A DNA stretch of 47,391 bases, from the IMG/VR virus record IMGVR_UViG_3300034069_000585, positions 1 through 47,391 of that record; one strand, given 5' to 3'. Below, piece by piece: positions 8,245 to 16,079 of the stretch (position 1 is the stretch's first letter; each line of letters opens with the position of its first letter). Source of the stretch: a virus. A model generated the notes under the pieces. That model had not been told where the DNA came from. It worked only from the letters and a program-made list of their open reading frames with translations, and ran no database searches. Position numbers and translations under genes: made by a program.

Positions 8245-8271
8245 AGTATATCATGTAGTGTCGCACTTCAA
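8245..8271 (-). promoter_or_regulatory. candidate sigma70-like promoter upstream of the Mor-like gene
   Basis: Minus strand reads TTGAAG-15 nt-TATACT in the only AT-rich patch of this region. The spacer is suboptimal. Confidence 0.3.
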
Positions 8272-8891
8272 GGTTCCATCTGATCCAGAACCGCCGGGTC
8301 AACGCCTAGCCGAATATAATCCTCGCGTGTTGGCTTTCGGCATTCCCGATCCGGATTGAGGTTCAGCGCCTCGCCCTTGTAGCCCGGCACATGCTGATCC
8401 ATCGTCGGCCAGACCCGCTTGAGGATTTCGGCGGTCGTCTCCCCCTCTTCCTCGTTTTGCGGCAGGTGCAGCGTTGCGTTCTTCGCCGCCTGTTCCTGCA
8501 ACGCAAGCCAAGTCGCCGCCGATCGATCTTCCAGCGCCTGCCGGTTGATCCACCGTTGCCCAACTGCCTTGACGATGGCTGGGACAATCTTCGACGGGTG
8601 ATCCGCCGTGAGCATTGCTTCCCGTGCGCCATCGCGGATCAGGTCGGCCGGGTAGCCTTCCAGCGCCAGATAGGCAGCGTGAAACCACAAGCGGCGTTCA
8701 TCCTCGCCCATTCCGATGCCCGCCGCGAGCGTCAGGCAGGGCGTGAGCGCCGTTACGAACGTTCGCTTGTCGCAGCCCGTCTTGTCCAGATATTCCGGCG
8801 AAATCCGCGAGGAAGCCGAGCGCAGCTCGTTCGGTTGTGGATTGCCCTCGCTCACCGTCACCTCCTCGACGATCCGACGATACGGTCCCAT
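8268..8891 (-). CDS. hypothetical replication-module protein (207 aa)
   Basis: Starts at ATG 8891 (MGPYRRIVEE). A hand count of third-position G+C over 8701-8880 gave about 80 percent in this frame and about 50 percent in the overlapping upstream frame. Confidence 0.6.
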   Translation of the reverse strand: MGPYRRIVEEVTVSEGNPQPNELRSASSRISPEYLDKTGCDKRTFVTALTPCLTLAAGIGMGEDERRLWFHAAYLALEGYPADLIRDGAREAMLTADHPSKIVPAIVKAVGQRWINRQALEDRSAATWLALQEQAAKNATLHLPQNEEEGETTAEILKRVWPTMDQHVPGYKGEALNLNPDRECRKPTREDYIRLGVDPAVLDQMEP

Positions 8892-9645
8892 TTGCCTTTG
8901 CCTCCCTTCGTGCTGCCATGTCGGCGAGCATTGGTGTGAAATATGCGAGCGAGTGCCGCTCGCCTGGATTGTCCATGACCTTGCGTTGCAGGGCCGGAAT
9001 GATGTCGTCGGTCGGGTCAAGCCCCAACGTCAGCCATTCGCGGATCACGTCGAGTTGGTCGGCGAAATGCCGTGCCCGATTGGGGAAGATCGACACCCCT
9101 GCTGCCCGTGCAAAAACCGGAGCGAGCGAGACAGCATCAACAGCAACCCCTCCTACCTCTGCGTCGAGTGCTGCCGCTGCTATTCTCTTCTTCTCTTCTG
9201 TATCTGTATCTAACTCTGCTTCTGACGCGCGCGCGTACAGCGGCAAATCCGAAGCGTTTGCTTCACCTGATTGGCGGTTTTCTGCCGCTTTGCGCCGCGT
9301 CTCGCCGGATTTTTCTCCGCCACTCGCGCCGCTTTCGCTACGTTTTCGAGACAAACTCGCGGCGTTTTCGCGCTCTTTTCGATACCTGAAATTTGAAATT
9401 TGCCCGTCGATGATGTCGATTTTGCCTGCTGCGATCAGCTCGTCGCGGAGCCCGCGCCAGCGCCGAACGGACACGTTGAGATGGCCGGCGATCCAGCGTT
9501 CGCGATCGGGAATGCCGACCTCCCAGCCGCTATCATACAGCAGGTCGAGGATGGTCGTGTACGCGCCGCGCTGCTCAAGCGTCAGGCCCATGTAGCCGTT
9601 CAGGGCATCGCCATGGTAGCGTTTGTGCCAGACGTTTCCGGTCAT
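8698..9645 (-). CDS. DUF1376 (YdaU-like) replication/primosome-associated protein
   Basis: From ATG 9645 (ATGA overlap): MTGNVWHKRYHGDALNGYMGLTLEQRGAYTTILDLLYD is the DUF1376 signature. The last ~64 codons overlap the next gene out of frame. Confidence 0.7.
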   Translation of the reverse strand: MTGNVWHKRYHGDALNGYMGLTLEQRGAYTTILDLLYDSGWEVGIPDRERWIAGHLNVSVRRWRGLRDELIAAGKIDIIDGQISNFRYRKERENAASLSRKRSESGASGGEKSGETRRKAAENRQSGEANASDLPLYARASEAELDTDTEEKKRIAAAALDAEVGGVAVDAVSLAPVFARAAGVSIFPNRARHFADQLDVIREWLTLGLDPTDDIIPALQRKVMDNPGERHSLAYFTPMLADMAARREAKANGTVSSDRRGGDGERGQSTTERAALGFLADFAGISGQDGLRQANVRNGAHALPDARGGHRNGRG

Positions 9646-10139
9646 GCGAGCATATCCGCCACGACGCGAGCGACGTAAGGGGTAAACGTGAACCACTCCC
9701 CCGCGCATCGTTCGACCGCTAGGATTTGATGATATTCACGCTCGAAATTTTCATTGCCGCGAACCGCGCCCATAAGGCGCATGGGCAGAGGATTGCCGGT
9801 CTGCAACGCCTTGAGGCGCGCGGCGGGCTGGTGTCGAGTATAGCCGATCTTTACGTGCGTTGTCGGATCACCAACCGCGATCACATAGACGAAGCCATGC
9901 AGCGGCCCGTAGCAATCTCGGCGATATTCTTCGTCTGGGGAAAGCGTAACAGGCTTGTCCCCGCGCACAGTGGCGGGTAGTTCAATCACGTCGATCGCCT
10001 CCATTCCAGGCGGTTGAATGGGCGGGCCGACGTTGGAAGCGTCGCCCGCCCGCCCCCTCATGCTCCCGAACAGATTATGGTGCAAGGTCACGCGGCTTTC
10101 CTTTCGAGGGCGTCGGCATAGTCCGCGACGCCGCGCCAT
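9642..10139 (-). CDS. T5orf172 / GIY-YIG-like domain protein
   Basis: GFVYVIAVGDPTTHVKIGYT...RLKALQTGNPLPMRL...EREYHQILAVERCAGEWF. The start is uncertain (10139, 10061 or 10004). Confidence 0.6.
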   Translation of the reverse strand: MARRRGLCRRPRKESRVTLHHNLFGSMRGRAGDASNVGPPIQPPGMEAIDVIELPATVRGDKPVTLSPDEEYRRDCYGPLHGFVYVIAVGDPTTHVKIGYTRHQPAARLKALQTGNPLPMRLMGAVRGNENFEREYHQILAVERCAGEWFTFTPYVARVVADMLA

Positions 10140-10786
10140 TCCTCTGGCGTGCCGGCGAATAAGCGCAGCCGGTAGCGATGATGGTTCTGCGCAAGGCTGG
10201 TGCTGTCGCAGGTGGCGAACGGGTAGTCGCCGCCAACGGCCACCCCGCGTAGCATGTGGAGCGGGTGCCAGCGGTTGCCCATCAGCGCCGCGACTTCATC
10301 CATCCGCGCACGGTAGGCGCTACAGCCGACAGGCTCGCGCTTCGGATCGCCGATCCATCCGAGGCAAACGCGATCGTAGCGGTCGCATAGCCGGGCCAGA
10401 CGGTCTATTGGGCCATCCATGTGCCACACTGGAGCGCCGCGCGATCGGCCATGCGGCCACTCATTCAGCAAGCCGTCGTTGAGCTGGGACGGCGCGGCGG
10501 GCTTGTCGGGGATGACAGCCCATCGCCCTGGTTCGAATAATCTGACCTCAAGCCACTCATAGTATGGCGACCAGTCTAGCCGTCCCGCGTCCATCGGATC
10601 GACACCCGCGCGTACGGCCTGCATCCAGTAGGAGAACGCCCCGTTGTCGTACATGATGAAAGGCGATTGCGCCTCAACATCGACCACGCTGTCGGGTCTG
10701 AAATAACTTACACAGAACGCACGCGGGCCGGCGGCGACAAGCGCCTCGCGCGGGGTTAGCGGGGTGCCGTGATAGACGAGCGCCAT
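10088..10786 (-). CDS. TGT-fold protein, possible DpdA-like DNA transglycosylase (hypothesis)
   Basis: 232 aa. FIMYDNGAFSYW resembles the TGT DSGGFQ strand. HMLRGVAV resembles LMGVG. FATCDSTS resembles the archaeal/DpdA FDS.S motif. The ATG at 10786 forms a TAATG overlap. Confidence 0.45.
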   Translation of the reverse strand: MALVYHGTPLTPREALVAAGPRAFCVSYFRPDSVVDVEAQSPFIMYDNGAFSYWMQAVRAGVDPMDAGRLDWSPYYEWLEVRLFEPGRWAVIPDKPAAPSQLNDGLLNEWPHGRSRGAPVWHMDGPIDRLARLCDRYDRVCLGWIGDPKREPVGCSAYRARMDEVAALMGNRWHPLHMLRGVAVGGDYPFATCDSTSLAQNHHRYRLRLFAGTPEEWRGVADYADALERKAA

Positions 10787-11280
10787 TAGCCCGGCACCAC
10801 CCGACGCCTGCGCCGCGCGCCATGATCCACCTCGGGCGCAGGGAGCGCCTTCACCCGCTTCGCCGGCGGCGGCACCACGGATTTGTCCCGCAGCCCCGGC
10901 AACAACGGCGCATCATCCTTGCTGAAATCGATCACCTGCCACCCGCCACCGCGCGATTTCGGCACGGTCTGGATCGCGAGGAACCGGAACGGAAACTGGT
11001 CGGCCGCCAGTCGGATTTTCAGCTTGGCGTCGCCCTCCCAATTGCCCTTCGTTTCGTGAATTTCGACCACGCCATCGGCGAGCATAACGGCGAAATCCGG
11101 GGTGTAGAATGCGCCGTCGCACAGCCGGAACTTCATGCCCTCGAAGCGCCACCACAGCACCTCGCCAGACAGTTGCAGGCGGGTCAGGTGCTCAGCATAG
11201 CCCTTCTCCGTGTCGTTCATCTCGCCGCGCTTGAGCCGGCCCTTTGCCAGCATCGCAAGCCGCGCTTTGTTGGGCTGCAT
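10786..11280 (-). CDS. PD-(D/E)XK nuclease, DUF1064-like
   Basis: From ATG 11280, preceded by AGGAG. Contains the YTPDFAV...VVEIHETKG motif (D...E.K). Confidence 0.6.
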   Translation of the reverse strand: MQPNKARLAMLAKGRLKRGEMNDTEKGYAEHLTRLQLSGEVLWWRFEGMKFRLCDGAFYTPDFAVMLADGVVEIHETKGNWEGDAKLKIRLAADQFPFRFLAIQTVPKSRGGGWQVIDFSKDDAPLLPGLRDKSVVPPPAKRVKALPAPEVDHGARRRRRVVPG

Positions 11281-11337
11281 CGTCCGCTCCTGATTGGCTA
11301 TCCTCGCCCCGCATCGCACGCGGGGTCAGGTAGCCGA

Positions 11338-11574
11338 TCAGAGCAAGCCGAGCTGCGTCGAATAGACCTCCAACGCGTTCTGGAAATCGCGACGCTTATC
11401 CGCGTCCATCTTGCGAAGTCGCAGCATCTCGCGAAACGCCAGCATATCGTGACCTTGGCTCTTTGCCTCCGCCATCACATCCTTGATATCCTCGCCAATA
11501 CCACGCTGTTCTTCACGCAGGCGCTCCACCCGCAACAACAGCCCTTCAAGCTGCTCGCCTCCGCTTTCGCTCAT
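11338..11574 (-). CDS. GapR-like nucleoid-associated protein (DUF2312/UPF0335)
   Basis: 78 aa: LLLRVERLREEQRGIGEDIKDVMAEAKSQGHDMLAFREMLRLRKMD...ALEVYSTQLGLL matches the DUF2312 pattern. AGGAGA Shine-Dalgarno. Confidence 0.75.
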   Translation of the reverse strand: MSESGGEQLEGLLLRVERLREEQRGIGEDIKDVMAEAKSQGHDMLAFREMLRLRKMDADKRRDFQNALEVYSTQLGLL

Positions 11575-11616
11575 TTTCGTCTCCTGTGGGGCGATGACGC
11601 CCGCCCCGTTGCGATC

Positions 11617-12288
11617 TTAGAAAAGGTTGCCCTGACGCTGCGCCTGTTCAATGCGGCGACAGGCTATGTCGAAATAGGCGGGGTCGCGCTCAATGCCCGT
11701 GAACTGTCGGCTATCCTGTACCGTAGCGACGCCAGTGCTTCCCGAACCCATGAAAGGGTCGCAGACCGTGCGGGCATCGGCAACAAACGACAGTGACCAG
11801 CGCATGACATTGACAGGTTTTTGCGTTGGGTGAACGCGTTCGCCATCACGGAGGGAGGCAAGGCCGTTGTTACATTGCGTAAACTTTTTAACGGACGCGC
11901 CGGGCACATTTGTCCAAGCCATCTCACCATCTGAGTATGATGGCATAGAGTTGAGTTTATCCCAGAAAAGCCACCGGCCTCCACGGGGTAAAATATCAGC
12001 GAAATAATTTCCGCCCCAGATAATTGCGCGCTTTGCTGCGCCAACCACAAGCGCCAACAACTCAGCATCAGGGCGTTCAGCATCCCACCCGCCTTCATAT
12101 TGTTTCGGCCTGCGCGCGTAGCGGCCGCTTGCATCAGTACCACCGACCGCTGCACCTTTGTCAGCGCCAATTCCATAAGGCGGATCAGTCGCGACCAGAT
12201 CAGCGAGCGCCAGCGTCGGCAGAACCTCCCGGCAATCCCCCAAATACAGCGTAGCCGCCCCAATCACTTCCTTGCGCTGGTACGTCAC
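11617..12288 (-). CDS. orphan DNA methyltransferase, beta-class N6A/N4C (CcrM-like architecture)
   Basis: Motif IV VATDPPYG precedes motif I DPFMGSGSTG. No nuclease partner lies next to it. GTG start in a GTGA overlap. Confidence 0.85.
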   Translation of the reverse strand: MTYQRKEVIGAATLYLGDCREVLPTLALADLVATDPPYGIGADKGAAVGGTDASGRYARRPKQYEGGWDAERPDAELLALVVGAAKRAIIWGGNYFADILPRGGRWLFWDKLNSMPSYSDGEMAWTNVPGASVKKFTQCNNGLASLRDGERVHPTQKPVNVMRWSLSFVADARTVCDPFMGSGSTGVATVQDSRQFTGIERDPAYFDIACRRIEQAQRQGNLF

Positions 12289-12515
12289 GCCGCCACCGCC
12301 CGCGCCTCAATCTCCCCCATAGCCTTCTCCAGCGCAACGATGGTCGCCGGCATCGCCTTGCCGGTCTTGATGGCGCGCCAGATCGTTGGCTCCGATATGC
12401 CCGAATGCCGCGACAGCCCGGCCAGACTGGAGCAAGCGCGGTACAGCCGCATCTTGTAATCGGCCAGCTTCGCGCGGTTATCGGCGGCCGTTTCGCTCGG
12501 CGTTTTCAAGGGCAT
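12285..12515 (-). CDS. HTH DNA-binding protein, first gene of the leftward operon (Cro-like by position)
   Basis: 76 aa with HTH LAGLSRHSGISEPTIWRAIKTG. GGAGA lies 7 nt before the ATG at 12515. Confidence 0.65.
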   Translation of the reverse strand: MPLKTPSETAADNRAKLADYKMRLYRACSSLAGLSRHSGISEPTIWRAIKTGKAMPATIVALEKAMGEIEARAVAA

Positions 12516-12606
12516 TGTGAAATCTCCGCGTTATGGTGTTGCAACTAACGTAATATGGTCATAAGAGGGTTTCGCAACACATGCAACCCCATAGGAGCGC
12601 AAACCG
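12516..12606. promoter_or_regulatory. divergent control region with face-to-face promoter candidates and GTTGC-type repeats
   Basis: Leftward: TTGCAT (12586-12581), 17 nt, TATGAC (12563-12558). Rightward: TTGCAA (12539-12544), 16 nt, ATAAGA. Also the palindrome GTTGCAAC plus GTTTCGCAAC and ATGCAAC. Confidence 0.4.
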
Positions 12607-13788
12607 ATGGCATCTAAACCCGACGATCTGCCGATGCTGGCACTGATCGAAACCCCGAACATTCCGACCCCGACCGTTGACGATCAGGCGCGTGTCGTGC
12701 TGCTCGACGGCGAGGCGTTCGACGCCTTCTACGCTCGCATGAAGGCCGAGACGGACAAGCACGTCCCCGACGTGACGACGGACAAGGGGCGCAAGGCGGT
12801 GATCGCGCTCGCCCGGCGCGTGACAACGACCAAGACGGCCATCACGGCGGCGGCGAAGGGCCTGACCGAAGCGTGGCGTCAGCAGACGGCGACGGTGAAC
12901 GCGGCGCGCAAGCCGATCGAGGAGAAGCTAGCGGAACTGGCGGCCGAGGTGCGCCGGCCGGTGACGGAGTGGGAGAACGCGGAAGCGGCGCGCATCAAGC
13001 GCAACTTTGACGTGGTGGACGACATGCGGCAGGCCGCTATCGTCACGCTCGACGACACGGCTGTTTCGGTCGAGGAGCGCGGCCGGCGCATCCATGGGAT
13101 TGTGATCGGCGAAGGTTGGCTCGACGGCGAAGCTGCTGAGGCTGTCGCGGTCAAGGCGGCCACGGTGCAGGCGCTGGTTGCCGCGCGCAACCGCTTGCGG
13201 CAGGAGGAAGCCGACAAGGCGGAACTCGCGCGGCTGCGGCAGGAAGCCGAGGAGCGCGCCGCGCGCGAGGCGGAGGCCCAGGCGGCACGCGAAGCCGAGG
13301 AAGCGGCCCGGCGTGCGGAGGAAGAGCGCCTTGCTGCGATCGAGCGCGAGAACGAGCGCCAGCGTCAGGCGGAGGCAGCGGAGGCCGAGCGGCTGGAGCG
13401 CGAGCGGGAACAGGCAGCAGAGCGGGCGCGGATCGCCGCCGAACAGGCCGCCGAGGCTGCGCAGCGCGAGCGTGACGCGGAACACGAACGCCAGCTCGCC
13501 GCCGAGCGCGCAGAGCGCCAGCGGATCGAGCGGGAGGCGCAGGAGGAGCGCGATCGGGCTGCACAGGCCGAGCGTCAGCGGCAGGAGGCGGAGGCCGCCG
13601 CGCAACGTGAGCGCGAGCGCATCGCCGCCGAGGACGCGAAGCGCGCCGCTAACCGCGCGCACGTCAGCAAGGTCATGGGCTCGGCGAAAGAGGCGATCAT
13701 GACGTGCGGAGTCACTGAGGATCAGGCGCGGTCGATCGTGACGGCGATCAAGGCCGGGTTGGTGCCCGCCGTGACTATTCAGTTCTAA
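12607..13788 (+). CDS. hypothetical protein of the recombination module with a ~155-aa E/R/A-rich helix
   Basis: 393 aa with AGGAG before the ATG. It occupies the position taken by DUF1351-type accessory proteins next to RecT. Residues ~195-350 are almost only E, R, A and Q. Confidence 0.7.
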   Translation: MASKPDDLPMLALIETPNIPTPTVDDQARVVLLDGEAFDAFYARMKAETDKHVPDVTTDKGRKAVIALARRVTTTKTAITAAAKGLTEAWRQQTATVNAARKPIEEKLAELAAEVRRPVTEWENAEAARIKRNFDVVDDMRQAAIVTLDDTAVSVEERGRRIHGIVIGEGWLDGEAAEAVAVKAATVQALVAARNRLRQEEADKAELARLRQEAEERAAREAEAQAAREAEEAARRAEEERLAAIERENERQRQAEAAEAERLEREREQAAERARIAAEQAAEAAQRERDAEHERQLAAERAERQRIEREAQEERDRAAQAERQRQEAEAAAQRERERIAAEDAKRAANRAHVSKVMGSAKEAIMTCGVTEDQARSIVTAIKAGLVPAVTIQF

Positions 13789-13798
13789 GGGCGAAGCG

Positions 13799-14887
13799 AT
13801 GACCAATCCATTCGACGATACCGCTACGGTCGCAGACAGCGAGTTTTTTGACGACTTCAACCTGTCCGGTGAGAAGCGCGAGCGGCCCATCCCCCCAGGC
13901 TTCAAGGTCTGGGACGGGGGGCTGATCACGGAGCCGGGCGCGTACATCGGCGTGCCGATGGACATGTACCACGGCAAGGAATGCTGCGCCGGCCCGTCGA
14001 TCAGTTCCACCGGCCTGAAAAAGCTGTCTGGCGACAAGGGTCCGCGCATCAAGGGCCGGACGCCGCGCCACTTCTGGAACGAGTCATCGCTGAACCCGAA
14101 CCGGAAGAAGATCGACACGGTTGCTCTGCGCATGGGCCGCGCCTTCCATGACGCCCTGTTGCAGCCCGACCTTATACCCGACCTGTACCATTTTACCCCC
14201 AAGGGCTTTTCTCGCGCGTCCACCGTCAAGCAAGCGATGGCGATCGCCGAGGCGGATGCTGCGATCAAGGCTGGCCTGTGCATCATGGGCCATGAGGAGA
14301 TGCAGCGCATCAATGCCATGGTCGACGCCGCCCGCGCTGACCCGCTGTTTGCAGCCCTGCTCGGCAAGGGTGAGCCGGAAGTGACGATGGCATGGCAGGA
14401 CAAGGAAACGGGCGTATGGGTCCGCGCCCGGCCCGACTTCATGCTCGCCAACCGCAAGTTCGCCCTCAATGTCAAGAAAGCGGCTGACGCCAGCTATGAC
14501 GGCTTCTCCCGTGCGATCGGCAAGTTCGGCTACGCGCAGTCCGCCGCGCTGGAAATGGACGGCTACGCGGCTGTGTTCGGCAATGCCCCCTCCGCCTTTC
14601 TACATCCGGTGATCGAGGAGCCGGCAAAGGGGCAATGGGAGGAGGGCGACTATATCGCGACGGCGGTGTGGGAACTGCCTGCCGAGGATATCGAGCGCGG
14701 CCGTTGGCTCAATCGCATGGCGCTCCGCACGTTCGCGGATTGCCTCGCCGCCGATAAGTGGGACGGCTACACGCCTGATCCTGAACCGTGCGGCCTGCCT
14801 GGATACCTGCGCAAGCTGATCGACGAGGGTGGGCAGGCAGAAGCCGCGAACGACGCACCTACTGGCAACAAATGGATGGAGAATTGA
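13799..14887 (+). CDS. PD-(D/E)XK exonuclease (RecE/DUF3799-like), partner of RecT
   Basis: 362 aa. Contains GRAFHDALL and RPDFML...ALNVKKA (D...K motif block). It lies directly upstream of the RecT module. Confidence 0.7.
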   Translation: MTNPFDDTATVADSEFFDDFNLSGEKRERPIPPGFKVWDGGLITEPGAYIGVPMDMYHGKECCAGPSISSTGLKKLSGDKGPRIKGRTPRHFWNESSLNPNRKKIDTVALRMGRAFHDALLQPDLIPDLYHFTPKGFSRASTVKQAMAIAEADAAIKAGLCIMGHEEMQRINAMVDAARADPLFAALLGKGEPEVTMAWQDKETGVWVRARPDFMLANRKFALNVKKAADASYDGFSRAIGKFGYAQSAALEMDGYAAVFGNAPSAFLHPVIEEPAKGQWEEGDYIATAVWELPAEDIERGRWLNRMALRTFADCLAADKWDGYTPDPEPCGLPGYLRKLIDEGGQAEAANDAPTGNKWMEN

Positions 14888-14896
14888 TCATGGCGA
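14878..14896 (+). repeat. 19-bp junction repeat, copy 1 (GGAGAATTGATCATGGCGA)
   Basis: Exact match to 15180-15198. It spans the codons E-N-stop, the Shine-Dalgarno sequence and ATG-GCG. Confidence 0.9.
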
Positions 14897-15189
14897 ATGG
14901 CACCAGTTTTGCGATTTGCGACCGCAAAGGCTTCCATATCACCTTCGAAAATGGCTGCACTGTCTCTGTGCAGTTTGGCGGCGGCAATTATTGCGACAAC
15001 TACGATCGGCCTATCGGCCGGGGAGACGAAGTGCCGCCCTCTAGGGACGCCGAAATAGCGGGATGGCGGCCAAACGGCGATTGGATCACGATGCCCGATT
15101 GGGACGATGACGTGAGCGGCCGCAATTCGCCCGCCGCAGTTTTGGCATACATGAACCATGTCGCGGCGCTGCCCGCTGAGGAGAATTGA
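14890..15189 (+). CDS. hypothetical protein (99 aa), cassette-like insert
   Basis: MANGTSFAICDRKGFHITFENG... About one third of its codons end in A/T, visibly more than in the flanking genes. It is bounded by the 19-bp repeats. Confidence 0.6.
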   Translation: MANGTSFAICDRKGFHITFENGCTVSVQFGGGNYCDNYDRPIGRGDEVPPSRDAEIAGWRPNGDWITMPDWDDDVSGRNSPAAVLAYMNHVAALPAEEN

Positions 15190-15198
15190 TCATGGCGA
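15180..15198 (+). repeat. 19-bp junction repeat, copy 2
   Basis: Exact match to 14878-14896. Confidence 0.9.
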
Positions 15199-16079
15199 CG
15201 AACCCCGAAACCAAGGCTGTCGTGAAGGCCCCCGTCACCAGCGGCAACCAGTTGGCGGCCTTCGTGCCCCAGAGCCTGGACGAGGCGTGGCGGCTTGCTG
15301 GCGCGCTGGCAGCGTCCGGCATGTGCCCGAAGGCATACGGCACCGATCAAAACAAGGTCATGGTTGGCATTCTCGCCGGTGCCGAACTCGGCCTGACGCC
15401 GTTCGCTGCGCTCCAATCGATCGCCGTCATCGGCAACAACCCCGCCGTCTGGGGCGACGGGATGCTTGGGCTGGTCGAGGCGTCCGGCAAGTTGCAGGAC
15501 ATTGAGGAGACGGACGACGGGACAACCGCAACCTGCCGCGTCGTGCGCGTCGGCCGCCCCACGCCGATCGTTCGCACCTTCTCCGTGGAGGACGCGAAGA
15601 AAGCAGGGCTGGCAGGCAAGTCCGGCCCGTGGTCGCAGTATCCGGCGCGGATGCGGCAGATGCGCGCGCGGGCCTTCGCGCTCCGCGATGCCTTCTCCGA
15701 CGTGCTGCGCGGCATGAAGTCGGCCGAGGAGGTGCGCGACTATGCGCCGATGGACGGCGGGCAACTCAAGTCGCAGCCGGCGAAGATCAGCGCGGCGACG
15801 CTGATTGAGCAAGCGGCCGAGCCGGTGCAGGATGAGGCACAGGAAGGCCGCGCCGAAGCCGACCACGGCGACCAGCACGACGACACGCTCGACGATCACC
15901 CGATGCGCGGCAAGGCCGACGACATGATCCTGCGGCTCCAGCGTGCGGAGGTGTTCGGCGACATCATTGCGATCGAGGCGGAGTTCGCCGGTCACAAGGC
16001 GGCCACGCCCGACGAGATTGTGGCGGAGGTCGAGCGGGCTATCGATACGGCGAAGCGCCGGGTGCGGGGAGAAGCGTAA
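15192..16079 (+). CDS. recT: RecT-family single-strand annealing protein
   Basis: 295 aa: LGLTPFAALQSIAVIGNNPAVWGDGMLGLVEASGKL and WSQYPARMRQMRARAFALRDAFSDVLRG fit the RecT pattern. Confidence 0.8.
   Translation: MATNPETKAVVKAPVTSGNQLAAFVPQSLDEAWRLAGALAASGMCPKAYGTDQNKVMVGILAGAELGLTPFAALQSIAVIGNNPAVWGDGMLGLVEASGKLQDIEETDDGTTATCRVVRVGRPTPIVRTFSVEDAKKAGLAGKSGPWSQYPARMRQMRARAFALRDAFSDVLRGMKSAEEVRDYAPMDGGQLKSQPAKISAATLIEQAAEPVQDEAQEGRAEADHGDQHDDTLDDHPMRGKADDMILRLQRAEVFGDIIAIEAEFAGHKAATPDEIVAEVERAIDTAKRRVRGEA

Noticed and set aside
13189-13656. Repetitive GAG/CGC-rich DNA considered as a CRISPR array or non-coding tandem repeat
   Set aside because: There is no repeat-spacer periodicity. The repetition is in-frame codon-level repetition of an E/R/A-rich helix inside a continuous 393-aa ORF.
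12928-14475. 515-aa minus-strand ORF opposite the recombination module
   Set aside because: It is antisense to two well-supported plus-strand genes. The composition is R/L/A/P/G-rich and low-complexity, typical of shadow ORFs in high-GC DNA. It has no Shine-Dalgarno and no motifs.
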